Assembly (NCBI GenBank): GCA_035561675.1
Contig: DATMXJ010000012.1
Coordinates: 1-32,794, forward strand
Reading direction: 5' to 3'
Length of the DNA: 32,794 nt
Origin: Thermoplasmatota archaeon
GTDB lineage: Archaea > Thermoplasmatota > E2 > DHVEG-1
This document shows, piece by piece, positions 15,567-25,524 of this stretch. Numbering within the stretch: position 1 is the stretch's first letter; each line of letters begins with the position of its first letter. The notes under the pieces are model-generated. The model saw only the letters and a list, made by a program, of their open reading frames with translations. It had not been told where the DNA came from and did no database searches. A program made the translations under genes and the position numbers.

Positions 15567-16676
15567 TCAGTCTTCCTTCCATTTTGTCAAAAGGACCCCT
15601 GCAATGAAGAAGATCGCAGCAAAGATAACAACGATGCCACCATTGATGAGCGCTTCTGTTTGATTCATATAAATCATGGCATTGCGTAATCCTTCGTTGA
15701 CATAATACAATGGCAGTGCATGAGCGATTACCTGGATGATCGAAGGCATCGCATCCACAGCAAAAAAAGTGCCAGCCAGGAACATCATGGGAAAACTGAT
15801 TGCCCCCGCAGCCATATCTGCTGTTTCTTCTTCTTTGACGAACCGACCGATGATCATCCCGATACCTGAGAACAGAAAACTCGTGGCAATAATGATAATG
15901 ATGGTAAGCAGGTTGATGTTCACTTTGATTCCAAACGCGAGGATTCCAACGCCGATTGCAACCGAAGTTGAGATAAACGCAAGAAACAGCATGAATAGCA
16001 TTTTGGCAAGTATCCATTCTGACCTGGTGATCGGCGTGGTCAACAGCTTTCGGAGGATACCGTCTTTTCTGAATTTCGTGTTCCGTTCAATACTCCCATA
16101 AATGCTCTGCTGCATAATGGTAAAACCGATCATCCCTGGGATAAAAAAATCAATGAACCCGAAATTTTCTGTAACGGTGCTTTGTTCATCTAATCCAACA
16201 ACGGTTCTCCCATTGGAGAGCTGCATGTTCAACCCTTGCAACACACTGGAAATCACACTACGTAACACCTGATTGGTTTGCTGTTCTGTTGGATCAAAAT
16301 AATAGGTGAGATTGACTTTTATCGAAGGATCAGCAAACGAACGGGTGATGCTCGTTTCGTATCCTTGTGGGATGACGATGAGATTTTTGATGTTGTTCTC
16401 CTTGACATAATCGGCGGTCGTCTCATTCGTCGTAACGTTTTTAATAGTGAGGACACCTGTTTTGTTTAGGATGGTAACGAGACTCTGTGACATGCCCGTG
16501 TTATCAAGATCCTGGACGTATAACGTGTATTTGCTTTCGCCCATTCCTGAGAAGATCGCTCCAAAGAGAAGAATTAGCATAACCGGGAACAACAGGGACC
16601 AAAACACGGTGCCTCTGCTGCGGAACCAGCTGCGGATGCTAAAGAGAAAATCAATCCCGACTATTTTTAGATTCAT
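15567..16676 (-). CDS. ABC-2 type transporter permease
   Basis: 369 aa. An N-terminal TM helix is followed by a ~150-aa extracytoplasmic loop and five C-terminal TM helices. A 4-nt overlap links it to the upstream ATPase gene. Confidence 0.8.
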   Translation of the reverse strand: MNLKIVGIDFLFSIRSWFRSRGTVFWSLLFPVMLILLFGAIFSGMGESKYTLYVQDLDNTGMSQSLVTILNKTGVLTIKNVTTNETTADYVKENNIKNLIVIPQGYETSITRSFADPSIKVNLTYYFDPTEQQTNQVLRSVISSVLQGLNMQLSNGRTVVGLDEQSTVTENFGFIDFFIPGMIGFTIMQQSIYGSIERNTKFRKDGILRKLLTTPITRSEWILAKMLFMLFLAFISTSVAIGVGILAFGIKVNINLLTIIIIIATSFLFSGIGMIIGRFVKEEETADMAAGAISFPMMFLAGTFFAVDAMPSIIQVIAHALPLYYVNEGLRNAMIYMNQTEALINGGIVVIFAAIFFIAGVLLTKWKED

Positions 16677-17737
16677 GTTTCTACCTCCTCGATGAGTCGT
16701 GCTCCGGTCAGCTGGAGGAACACCTCTTCAAGGTTAGAGCCACGGATATCTAATCCATCGTACTCAATGCATTCATGACGAAGCTCTGAGAGAACCTCAA
16801 GGACCTTTTCCTTATAGTCAATTTTGATAGAAAGATTTCCGTTTCCGCTTGAGTGGACTTCAAATCCTTTCTCTTCCAACAGCTGTCGCGCCTCGTCTGA
16901 ATGGCAGTTTTTTATGTAAAGGGTCGTTTTTTCACCGTATCTGTTAAGGAGATCTTGCAATGTTCCTTCTGCGATGATTTTTCCTTTATGGATGATTGCG
17001 ATATGGTCAGCTAGATGTTCTGCTTCCTCCATGTAATGAGTGGTGAGGAACACGGTTTTCCCCTTGTTCCGTAGATTGGCGATCACCTGCCAGACTTCCC
17101 GGCGAGCCTTTGGGTCTAACCCTGTTGTCGGCTCATCAAGAAAGACGATCTCGGGGTCGTTGACTAGTGATAAGGCGACGCCGACCCGTTGTTTCAGTCC
17201 TCCTGAGAGGTTTCTGTACAATTTTTTTTCATGGGAACGTAAATCCATTGCATCCAGAATCTCATCGATGTTTGCTCGTTTCTTATATAGTTTTGAGAAA
17301 TACGTGAGTGTCTCACGTACGGTGAATCGTTCGAAGGAATGAAACTCCTGAGGTAAGATGCTGATGCGTTCTTTGATTTGGTTGAACCCTGTTTTTGTAT
17401 CGACGCCAAGCAGTTTGATGGCTCCGGTTGTCGGCGTTCGTATCGATTCTATCATTTCCACGGTGGTTGTCTTTCCTGCTCCGTTCGGTCCAAGGAATGC
17501 AAAAATCTCTCCTTTTTTGACGGCAAAGGAGATGTCATTGACCGCGATTAGGTCATCATAGACTTTTTTCAGATGAGACACTTCAATGGCAACGGTATTG
17601 TCTTGTTTATCCCCGAGGATGGTGAGCCGTCCTTTCATATGGCAGGCTGCACAGGTCACCACTTTTGTTTCTCCAGGGTCGCCGTAGAAGGTGGCGATTT
17701 CCCCACAGTTCGGGCATTTGAACCGTTGCTCTGTCAT
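16673..17737 (-). CDS. ABC transporter ATP-binding protein with N-terminal Zn-ribbon
   Basis: Walker A GPNGAGKTT, signature LSGGLKQR and Walker B IVFLDEPTTGLD. It is preceded by a ~45-aa extension, FKCPNCGE...VTCAACHMKG (CxxC...CxxC). Confidence 0.88.
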   Translation of the reverse strand: MTEQRFKCPNCGEIATFYGDPGETKVVTCAACHMKGRLTILGDKQDNTVAIEVSHLKKVYDDLIAVNDISFAVKKGEIFAFLGPNGAGKTTTVEMIESIRTPTTGAIKLLGVDTKTGFNQIKERISILPQEFHSFERFTVRETLTYFSKLYKKRANIDEILDAMDLRSHEKKLYRNLSGGLKQRVGVALSLVNDPEIVFLDEPTTGLDPKARREVWQVIANLRNKGKTVFLTTHYMEEAEHLADHIAIIHKGKIIAEGTLQDLLNRYGEKTTLYIKNCHSDEARQLLEEKGFEVHSSGNGNLSIKIDYKEKVLEVLSELRHECIEYDGLDIRGSNLEEVFLQLTGARLIEEVET

Positions 17738-17800
17738 GTCCTTCCTCTTCTGATATTTTATGTGATACCTGTGATTAAAACCATGTATATAGGTTTTATC

Positions 17801-18490
17801 CTATTGGAGGAGGATCTTTTTTTGTTGTTTCATCTGAGAATCAAAGGTATATACAATGGGTACCCCGGTAGGGATCTCGATTTTTGGGATCTCCTCATCG
17901 GAGATGTTTTCGACGTACTTTGTAATCGATCGGAGGCTGTTGCCATGAGCGACGATAAGCACGTTTTTACCTGCTTGGAGTTCCGGTATAATATTTTTTT
18001 TATAATATGGAAGGGTGCGTTCACAAGTATCTTTGAGGCTTTCCCCGTGGGGTGGGTTGATGTCGTAGCTGCGTCGCCAGATATGGACCTGGGCTTCTCC
18101 GTATTTCTTCATGGTCTCAGCCTTGTTAAGTCCCTGAAGATCACCATAGTATCGTTCCGCTAAATCCACGGATTGATAGATAGGAATCTCCTTGTCCCTT
18201 GTACCAGTATAATGCTCCCATGCATGGATTCGTTCTTCTTCATGATACAGGATCGGGATTCGTTCATCTGAGAGTTCAAGCAGAATATAATGCAGCGTCT
18301 GGATCGCCCTCATGAGATGGGAGACGTACATCGTGTCAAATCGTATGTCTTTGAGTTTCTTTCCAGCAGAGGAGGCTTCCTCTCTTCCTTTTGGTGAGAG
18401 TGGGACATCAACCCAGCCGGTGAATCTGTTCTCTAAATTCCATTGTGATTGCCCATGTCTGACCAATACCAAGGTTGCCAACGTCAACAC
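17801..18490 (-). CDS. gpmA: 2,3-bisphosphoglycerate-dependent phosphoglycerate mutase
   Basis: LVLVRHGQSQWNLENRFTGWVDVPLS (RHG catalytic motif) and AHGNSLR. The start is ambiguous: the ORF-track GTG at 18490 directly abuts the AAGGAG RBS, and a TTG at 18481 has better spacing. Confidence 0.88.
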   Translation of the reverse strand: MLTLATLVLVRHGQSQWNLENRFTGWVDVPLSPKGREEASSAGKKLKDIRFDTMYVSHLMRAIQTLHYILLELSDERIPILYHEEERIHAWEHYTGTRDKEIPIYQSVDLAERYYGDLQGLNKAETMKKYGEAQVHIWRRSYDINPPHGESLKDTCERTLPYYKKNIIPELQAGKNVLIVAHGNSLRSITKYVENISDEEIPKIEIPTGVPIVYTFDSQMKQQKKILLQ

Positions 18491-18494
18491 CTCC

Positions 18495-19997
18495 TTATAC
18501 TCCGTAGAGTGGATAATATTTCTCTTTTAGATATCCAATGAAGACTTTAGAATTTAACCCTTCGCCGCAGGTTTTCTGAATGATCTCATCAGCGGTCATC
18601 AACGAACCATATTGATATACATGTTCGGAGAGCCATTGTAAGATTGTTGTGAAATCACCTCGTGAGATTTCCTCTTGAACGGTCTGATGTTCTTTTTGGA
18701 ATTGTCTGAAGAGCTGTGATGCGTAGATAGTCCCAATCGCATAGGTGGGGAAATACCCGAAATCTCCCCCGCTCCAGTGCATATCCTGCAGGACACCTTC
18801 CCGGTCGTTTTTTGGGGCGATACCTAAGAACTCGGTGACTTTCTGATTCCAGCATGCTGGTAACTCTGCCACCGTGATTTTATCCTCCAGGAGATCGAGT
18901 TCCAGTTCGAAACGGAGGATCACATGAAGACAATATGTCAACTCGTCAGCCTCTGTTCTTATCAAGGTTGGTCTGACTTGATTGACTGCTTGATACCAAG
19001 TAACGGTATTCATGGTTTTACATTGATTTGGAGCAATCTTCTGGAATATCGGTGAAAAATAAGTCCAAAATGGTTTGCTTCGTGCTATCATATTTTCCCA
19101 GAACCTGGATTGTGATTCATGGATACCTAGAGATGGGGCGTCTGAGATGACCGTGTCTTTGTATTCACCTTTCAGGATTCCGAGCTCGTAGAGCGCATGA
19201 CCTGCCTCATGCGCTGTTGAGAAAAAAGACGATAGGAAACCTTCACGTTCGTAGTTGGTCGTAAATCTCACATCATCATCTCCCATCGAGGTGGTGAAAG
19301 GATGGGTGGACACATCAAGACGTGTCCGGTCAAACGGGAGGTTCATGTGGGTCAGCAGGATGCTGCAGAGCTTTTTTTGACAATTACTTTCCATTATTAG
19401 TTTTACAGGTTTTTGTTTTTGATACATGGCACTTGAGGTGATGGTCTGTAAGAGTTCTACAAGTTGTTGGCGTAAAATCGTGAATTCTTTTTGTAGGACA
19501 TCAACGGTCATACCTTCTTCGTAATCATCCAGCAAGGTGTTGTACGGGTGCCCTGGGAGTTTGACGTAATCATAGTATTGTTTTTCGAGCTCGACGATTT
19601 TTTCAAGATGTGGTTGAAACAAAGAGAACTTGTTTTTTTCTCGTGCCTCCTGCCAGACGCCGTATGCTATCGATGTGGTTTTTGTCATTTTTTCGACAAA
19701 TTCTGCTGGGAGCTTTCGAGCTTTTTCGACATCGCGATATAATTTGGTGACGACCAAATGATCTTTTTTTGATAGCGTGTTTGCAACGTCATCGAGTTTC
19801 TTCAAATGGGTATAGAGTGTTTCTGAGGTTACTCGTTCATGGGCCAATCGTGAGATGAGCGAGAGCTGGTCTGCTCGTTCTTCACTTCCTTTCGGTGGCA
19901 TGTAGGTCATCTGGTCCCATCCCAGCAGTGCAGCAATACCACCATAGAGGGATACTTCTTTTTGTTCCTTGTAGATATAATCCAGTGATTCCTTCAT
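18495..19997 (-). CDS. M32 carboxypeptidase (Taq-type metallocarboxypeptidase)
   Basis: HEAGHALYE zinc motif, DVSTHPFT, GIHESQSRFWEN and DMHWSGG blocks. The start is trimmed to the ATG at 19997, which follows GGAGAG; the ORF-track start at 20036 would overlap xth by 23 nt. Confidence 0.88.
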   Translation of the reverse strand: MKESLDYIYKEQKEVSLYGGIAALLGWDQMTYMPPKGSEERADQLSLISRLAHERVTSETLYTHLKKLDDVANTLSKKDHLVVTKLYRDVEKARKLPAEFVEKMTKTTSIAYGVWQEAREKNKFSLFQPHLEKIVELEKQYYDYVKLPGHPYNTLLDDYEEGMTVDVLQKEFTILRQQLVELLQTITSSAMYQKQKPVKLIMESNCQKKLCSILLTHMNLPFDRTRLDVSTHPFTTSMGDDDVRFTTNYEREGFLSSFFSTAHEAGHALYELGILKGEYKDTVISDAPSLGIHESQSRFWENMIARSKPFWTYFSPIFQKIAPNQCKTMNTVTWYQAVNQVRPTLIRTEADELTYCLHVILRFELELDLLEDKITVAELPACWNQKVTEFLGIAPKNDREGVLQDMHWSGGDFGYFPTYAIGTIYASQLFRQFQKEHQTVQEEISRGDFTTILQWLSEHVYQYGSLMTADEIIQKTCGEGLNSKVFIGYLKEKYYPLYGV

Positions 19998-20013
19998 AGC
20001 TTTCTCTCCTTCT

Positions 20014-20781
20014 TCATACGGTGATTTCGATGCCAACAGGGCAGTGATCCGATCCCATGACCTCTTGGCTGATGAACGCGTTTTTTATCTTTGGGAGAAA
20101 CTCCTTGTTGACGAAGAAATAGTCGATTCTCCAGCCGACGTTGCGTGTCCGTGCAGCGGTTTTCAGGTCCCACCAGGAGTAATGGTTTGGCTCTGGATGG
20201 AATCGTCGGAATGTGTCGGTATAGCCATGGTCGATGAACGTATCAATCCACGCCCGCTCCACTGGTAAGAACCCTGAGATGTGCTCGTTTTCCTTTGGTC
20301 GTGCAAGATCGATTTCTTTATGCGCGGTGTTGAGGTCACCGCAGACGATGATGTTTTGTTTTTGTGCTTTGAGGTTATCTGCGTAGCTGAGGAACTCGTC
20401 ATAGAAATCTAGTTTGTATTGGAGTCGTTCTTTGTTTTTCTTGCCGTTTGGGAAATAGATATTGAACAAGGTAAAGGAAGGAAACGTGGTGATAAGGATG
20501 CGTCCTTCGGTGTCGAACTCTTCTCTGCCGAAACCGTTTTTGACTGATAATGGTTTTTGTTTTGAAAATGTTGCGACACCGCTGTAGCCTTTTTTTTCTG
20601 CTGGGTTCCAGAATGTATAATACCCTGGGACGTTTCTGAGATGGGGTGGGAGCTGCTCCGGTGTTGCTTTTATCTCCTGGAGACACATGATGTCTGGTGA
20701 TTCTTTCAGAAACCAGGTGAAAAACCCTTTTTTGTCTATCGCTCTGATGCCATTGACGTTCCAGCAGAGTAGTTTCATCAA
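20014..20781 (-). CDS. xth: Exodeoxyribonuclease III (AP endonuclease)
   Basis: 255 aa. [26 protein letters not shown] and SDHCPV are ExoIII/APE1 family motifs. Confidence 0.9.
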   Translation of the reverse strand: MMKLLCWNVNGIRAIDKKGFFTWFLKESPDIMCLQEIKATPEQLPPHLRNVPGYYTFWNPAEKKGYSGVATFSKQKPLSVKNGFGREEFDTEGRILITTFPSFTLFNIYFPNGKKNKERLQYKLDFYDEFLSYADNLKAQKQNIIVCGDLNTAHKEIDLARPKENEHISGFLPVERAWIDTFIDHGYTDTFRRFHPEPNHYSWWDLKTAARTRNVGWRIDYFFVNKEFLPKIKNAFISQEVMGSDHCPVGIEITV

Positions 20782-20855
20782 AGAGTACCTCCTTTGTTTT
20801 TCTTAAGGAATTACTAGGTATTTCTTTTTCCCTTTATATGGTTTTGAATACGATG

Positions 20856-22076
20856 CTATGAGGTACGTTGGAGAAGAGCGATGTAGAATCCATCGGTTCG
20901 ATCGGTGTCCGGCCAGGTTCGTTTTTCATCCAATAGGCGAAATTCACTATGGTTCTTGAGAAATCGTTGGATCTGCTCTTCTCCTTCTGAAGGTAGGATG
21001 CTGCAGACGGAATAGACCATGTTGCCGTGGGGTTTGAGTAGTGTACAATATTTTTCGAGAAGGTCTTGCTGTAGGTCTCTCAGTCGTTCGAGATCCTTTG
21101 CTGTCAGTTTCCATCTGATGTCAGGATTTCTCTGTAGCGTCCCTAGTCCGGAACAGGGGACATCGAGAAGCAGTCGATCTACGGTTTCTTTTATCCTTTT
21201 ATAGATTTTCGAGGTGGTGATGAGTCGTGTCTCAATGGTGTCCACCCCTGCCTTTGCCGCTCGTTTTCGTAGCTCCCGTAGTCTCCATTCCTGGGTGTCC
21301 ATGGCGATGATCTTCCCTTTGTTCTTCAGTAACGCTGCGAGATGTAATGTTTTGCTTCCTTCCCCCGCGCAGGCGTCAACGATGCGCATCCCTGGTTGTG
21401 GGTCAAGGATCCGGCTGACCATCTGCGAAGCAGGGTCCTGGACCTCAAAGAGCCCTGCGTTGAAACTGTGAAGTTTGAAAACATTTATTTTCTCTTTAAT
21501 GAACAGCGCGTCAGGGTTCCCATCGATTGGTTCAGCAGCGATTCCTTCTTTCCTGAGAATCACCAGCAATTCCTTTGGCGATGTTTTCAGGGTGTTTGCT
21601 CTGATGACAAGCTCAGGTTTTTTATTTAACGAGACAAGCACTGGTTCCCATCGCATGCCCAGTTCTTTTTCCCCTTGAGCATCCAGCCAATCCGGGACTG
21701 ATTCTCGCAGGGCTCTTGAAATCTTTGTGGTTTTTATTCGTTGTAAGAGCTGCGTTGCGTCGAGGTCTTTTTTCTTTTGAAGAGCGGAGAGATCTCCTTT
21801 TTTTGAGAACAGGTAGATGGTGATGAGATTCTGGAGCTCTTTCTCATCAGCTGATGGCTCTGTATCGATGATGTACCACAGCGGTCTCCACCATCGGATG
21901 AGATCATAGATCGTATCGGAAAAGACTGCTCGTTTGCTCTCCTCCCATTCTGGATGGAGCTTCAAGGTATGTTCGATCGCCTTGGTCGCAAAGACGTTCT
22001 GCCAAAAAACTGCCCGTAATGTTTCAATCATCGCTGGGGTGAGTTCTTGAAGGGTCGTTCGTAGAGTTGTCGACAT
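20856..22076 (-). CDS. RsmB/NOL1/NOP2/Sun-family RNA m5C methyltransferase
   Basis: 406 aa. SAM motif DACAGEGSKT, catalytic LLDVPCSGLGTLQRNPDIRW and YSVCSILPSEGE, with an N-terminal helical (NusB-like) region. Confidence 0.85.
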   Translation of the reverse strand: MSTTLRTTLQELTPAMIETLRAVFWQNVFATKAIEHTLKLHPEWEESKRAVFSDTIYDLIRWWRPLWYIIDTEPSADEKELQNLITIYLFSKKGDLSALQKKKDLDATQLLQRIKTTKISRALRESVPDWLDAQGEKELGMRWEPVLVSLNKKPELVIRANTLKTSPKELLVILRKEGIAAEPIDGNPDALFIKEKINVFKLHSFNAGLFEVQDPASQMVSRILDPQPGMRIVDACAGEGSKTLHLAALLKNKGKIIAMDTQEWRLRELRKRAAKAGVDTIETRLITTSKIYKRIKETVDRLLLDVPCSGLGTLQRNPDIRWKLTAKDLERLRDLQQDLLEKYCTLLKPHGNMVYSVCSILPSEGEEQIQRFLKNHSEFRLLDEKRTWPDTDRTDGFYIALLQRTS

Positions 22077-22251
22077 GGGTGTTTTCTTCCTAGGATATCA
22101 TCTGTCATCGATACTTGATTAATAAATTCATTCGCTTTCTCGCAGGTTTCTTTTTGATACAATTTGGATGAATACTTTCACTCACCCCTACTCGAGATTT
22201 ATAACCATGAACGACCATTCCATGATTAATTGACTTTGAGTTACGGAGGAC

Positions 22252-22274
22252 ATGCCAGCCAGGAATGCTGGCAT
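22252..22274. other. 8-bp perfect stem / 7-nt loop hairpin (ATGCCAGC-caggaat-GCTGGCAT)
   Basis: Read directly from the sequence. It lies inside the 348-nt divergent intergenic region and not behind any gene end, so it is not a simple terminator. Confidence 0.4.
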
Positions 22275-22342
22275 TTCTGCCACTTTCCCTTTGCATCTGC
22301 ATCCCATCCCTCTCTCCTTTTTTTCTTTTTCATCCAAAAGGG

Positions 22343-22356
22343 TTTTATATATAAAA
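22343..22356. promoter_or_regulatory. Near-palindromic TATA element TTTTATATATAAAA, possibly bidirectional
   Basis: It lies about 70 nt upstream of the ATG at 22425 (GGAGGAG RBS at 22401) on the plus strand. On the minus strand it lies about 36-40 nt upstream of an SD-preceded mini-ORF. Confidence 0.4.
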
Positions 22357-22424
22357 CTCATAAAGAAATGTGATCACAACCGGAAAATGGAAGTGGTTTA
22401 GGAGGAGTACATATTTCAGAAAAA

Positions 22425-22655
22425 ATGTGTGAGATGTGTAAGCAAAAATTCCATCTCCAGGAGCATCAAAGTGGTTTGGTCTTTGATGATAAATTTTTCA
22501 TCTGTGAGGACTGCCGCACGAACACACCAGAACAGGAGATACTAGGATGGTCCCAAAGCACCATGCGTTCATCTGCTTCAGCGATGCCGATCTCCCTGTG
22601 GCTCATCCAAGAGCAGAATAAGGACAAGCCACCGTTCTCAAGAAGAAAAGAATAA
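22425..22655 (+). CDS. Small Zn-finger protein (76 aa), function unknown
   Basis: MCEMCKQK...FICEDCRT gives CxxC-x20-CxxC. A GGAGGAG RBS lies upstream. I do not recognise the family. Confidence 0.5.
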   Translation: MCEMCKQKFHLQEHQSGLVFDDKFFICEDCRTNTPEQEILGWSQSTMRSSASAMPISLWLIQEQNKDKPPFSRRKE

Positions 22656-22731
22656 CTCATCTACTGTGATGTTCTGGCCATCAGTAATCTATCAAAATCC
22701 TTTTTTATAGCCAGTATTATGCGGGTAGCGT

Positions 22732-23514
22732 ATGTTTATCATCAAACTCGGCGGGAGTGTTATTACCAATAAAGCAAAGGAATGCTGCTTCAAACAAGGC
22801 ATCATGGACCAGCTTGCTGCTGAAATAAAACATGCGAACAAACAGGTCATCTTAGTCCATGGTGCAGGATCGTTCGGTCATATCCTTGCGAAACAATATA
22901 AGTTAAATGACGGGTTCAGACAAAAAAAACAGGTTGAAGGATTCGCTCTCACGCAAGCGATGGTCCAACGGTTAAACAATCTGGTTCTCGCATCGTTGCA
23001 TAAGCATGATATCCCTGCAGTATCCATCCCACCACATGCAATCCTCTCCCTATCAGATCATAACCTCGCACGGGTCGATTACAACATATTCAAAAAATAC
23101 CTTGCCTTAGGGTTCATGCCCGTCAGTTTTGGTGATGTCGCCCTTGATAACCAACTTGGCTTTTCCATCTGTTCGGGGGACCTACTCATCCAACTGCTCG
23201 CAGCAGAGTTTAAACCAGAAAAAGTGATTTTCGTCATTGACGAAGACGGATTATACTCAGCCAATCCAAAGACCAACCCAAACGCGATCTTCTTTGATAA
23301 CACCACGGTAAAAGAGCTGGAAAAACTCACCACATCGTTAGATGCACATGCAGATGTGACCAAAGGAATGAAAGGAAAAATACACACCATCAAACAGATA
23401 GCAAAAACAGGGGTGGACACTATCGTATTGAATGGGAATATACATAACCGATTATATGATACCTTAAAGGGGAAGAAGGTACGATCCACCATCATATACG
23501 GAGATAAAATATGA
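22732..23514 (+). CDS. ipk: Isopentenyl phosphate kinase
   Basis: 260 aa amino-acid-kinase fold. IIKLGGSVITNK and VHGAGSFGH are the IPK signatures. It is clustered with fni and idsA. Confidence 0.88.
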   Translation: MFIIKLGGSVITNKAKECCFKQGIMDQLAAEIKHANKQVILVHGAGSFGHILAKQYKLNDGFRQKKQVEGFALTQAMVQRLNNLVLASLHKHDIPAVSIPPHAILSLSDHNLARVDYNIFKKYLALGFMPVSFGDVALDNQLGFSICSGDLLIQLLAAEFKPEKVIFVIDEDGLYSANPKTNPNAIFFDNTTVKELEKLTTSLDAHADVTKGMKGKIHTIKQIAKTGVDTIVLNGNIHNRLYDTLKGKKVRSTIIYGDKI

Positions 23515-24557
23515 ATCAAACGGAGGAACGGAAACGCGAACATGTGCAGATATCATTAAAAGAAAGCGTGTCTGCTCATTATAATTACTGGGACGACGTC
23601 CATCTGATGCACAACGCACTCCCGGAGATCAATGAAAACGATATCGATCTTTCGACCCAGCTGTTTGAGAAGAAACTCAGAGCCCCACTCATCATCTCAG
23701 GCATGACCGGTGGGTATCCCGAAGGAAAGAAGATCAACGAACATCTCGCAGCAGCCGCATCCACCTTCCAGATAGGCATGGGGGTCGGCTCCCAACGTGC
23801 TGCCCTTGAGAACCAGAAACTTGCGGAAACCTACAGCATCATCAAGGAATATGACATCCCATTGAAGATCGCAAACATCGGCGCATCCCAGATGGTCCTC
23901 TGGGATAGACAACAGATGCTTGAGAACGCAGGAAAGATCGTCGAGATGATCGATGCAGACGTGCTCGCCGTCTGTCTGAATTTCTTACAAGAGGCGATAC
24001 AGCCGGAAGGCGAAGCACAGGCGAAAGGATGCCTCGCGACCATAGATATGCTGTCCCGAGAGTTTAGCCTCCCGATCATCATCAAGGAAAGTGGCGCTGG
24101 TATCTCAGGCAAAATCGCGCACCAGCTGAAAAAGACGAAGATCCGTGGCATTGACGTCGGAGGCGCTGGCGGCACGTCGTTCTCTGCAGTGGAATATTAC
24201 CGCGCAAAGATGAAAGGCGACACCCATGACATGCGTGCAGGGCAAACATTCTGGGACTGGGGTATCCCGACGCCAACATGTGTCCTTGAGGTGGGAAAAG
24301 CAACCAGCTGGGAGCTGCCCATCATTGCGACCGGTGGAATCCGCCATGGACTGGATATCGCAAAAGCCCTGGTTCTTGGCGCAAGCGCAGCAGGCATGGC
24401 ACACGCCCTCCTCAAACCAGCATTGAAGGATAAAAAATCCCTTGAGCAGGAGCTTGATGTCATCACTCGAGAACTCCGCATCGCGATGTTCCTTGTCGGT
24501 GTCGATACAGTCGAAAAGCTATCAACGGTGGAAGTAAGATATGGATCTACAGACTGA
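23511..24557 (+). CDS. fni: Type 2 isopentenyl-diphosphate delta-isomerase (FMN-dependent)
   Basis: 348 aa. RKREHV, ISGMTGG, GVGSQR, GGAGGTSF and ATGGIRHGLDIAKALVLGA motifs. ATGA overlap with ipk. Confidence 0.92.
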   Translation: MNQTEERKREHVQISLKESVSAHYNYWDDVHLMHNALPEINENDIDLSTQLFEKKLRAPLIISGMTGGYPEGKKINEHLAAAASTFQIGMGVGSQRAALENQKLAETYSIIKEYDIPLKIANIGASQMVLWDRQQMLENAGKIVEMIDADVLAVCLNFLQEAIQPEGEAQAKGCLATIDMLSREFSLPIIIKESGAGISGKIAHQLKKTKIRGIDVGGAGGTSFSAVEYYRAKMKGDTHDMRAGQTFWDWGIPTPTCVLEVGKATSWELPIIATGGIRHGLDIAKALVLGASAAGMAHALLKPALKDKKSLEQELDVITRELRIAMFLVGVDTVEKLSTVEVRYGSTD

Positions 24558-25524
24558 ACTTGTAAAACGAGCGGCGATATTTAACACCTATTGGCAACAG
24601 TACCTGCAGATAAAAAAACCAACGAAGCTATACGAGGCGTCCCAACATCTCCCCGCTGCTGGTGGGAAACGGATCAGACCATTCCTCACCATGACCTCCT
24701 GCGAAAGTGTTTCAGGGGACATACTGAAAGCACTCCCACTTGCCACTGGACTAGAATTGATACATAATTTTACATTAGTCCATGACGATATCATGGATCA
24801 TTCCTTGCTACGGCGCAACCTTCCTGCGGTGCACGTCAAGTTCGGAGAACCCGCTGCAATCCTGGCGGGGGATTTGCTATTCGCGAAGGCTTTTGAGGCA
24901 CTCCTTAATACATCTGTTGATTTTTCGACCTATAAACTCCTGCAGCAGGATTTCATTGACGGTATCATAGCGATCTGTGAAGGACAACAAATGGATATGG
25001 AGTTTGAAAGACGCAAAACAGTCACAGAGCAGGAATATCTGAATATGATTGGAAAGAAAACCGGCGCGTTATTTGAGTTGGCCGGGAAAGGTGGTGGGTT
25101 GATTGGTGGTGGGAACCCATCAGAAATCGCTGCCTTAAAGACCTATGGGATGACGCTGGGTTTAGCGTTTCAGATTTGGGATGATTACCTTGACATGAGC
25201 AGCACGGCAACAACACTGGGAAAAGACATAGGCAACGATATCAGAAACGGAAAAAAGACGCTCATCGCGGTTCATAGTCTTATGCATGCGACCGGGAAAC
25301 ACAAGAAACTTCTTGAGGATGTGTTCGGAAACCATGCGGCATCGGAACATGATGTCACACTCGTCTACGACCTTTTCAAAGAACTCGGGTCTATCGAGTA
25401 CGCACAACGCCGTGCCTTACAGATGGTCAACCAGGCAAAAGATGCGATAAAACCCGTAAAATCATCTGATGCCAAAGAACTCCTCTATCAACTGATCGAG
25501 TATACCATCCAGCGAGAAAAGTGA
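24541..25524 (+). CDS. idsA: Polyprenyl (geranylgeranyl) diphosphate synthase
   Basis: 327 aa. First Asp-rich motif LVHDDIMD and second Asp-rich motif WDDYLD. GGKRIRP lies near the N-terminus. Confidence 0.9.
   Translation: MDLQTELVKRAAIFNTYWQQYLQIKKPTKLYEASQHLPAAGGKRIRPFLTMTSCESVSGDILKALPLATGLELIHNFTLVHDDIMDHSLLRRNLPAVHVKFGEPAAILAGDLLFAKAFEALLNTSVDFSTYKLLQQDFIDGIIAICEGQQMDMEFERRKTVTEQEYLNMIGKKTGALFELAGKGGGLIGGGNPSEIAALKTYGMTLGLAFQIWDDYLDMSSTATTLGKDIGNDIRNGKKTLIAVHSLMHATGKHKKLLEDVFGNHAASEHDVTLVYDLFKELGSIEYAQRRALQMVNQAKDAIKPVKSSDAKELLYQLIEYTIQREK

Noticed and set aside
13500-17737. Possible NosDFY-like system (beta-helix NosD-like protein plus ABC ATPase plus ABC-2 permease)
   Set aside because: The ABC genes are convergent to the beta-helix gene, not co-transcribed with it. 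The beta-helix protein carries a peptidase-like domain and no nosZ, nosL or copper genes are nearby. Adjacency alone is insufficient.
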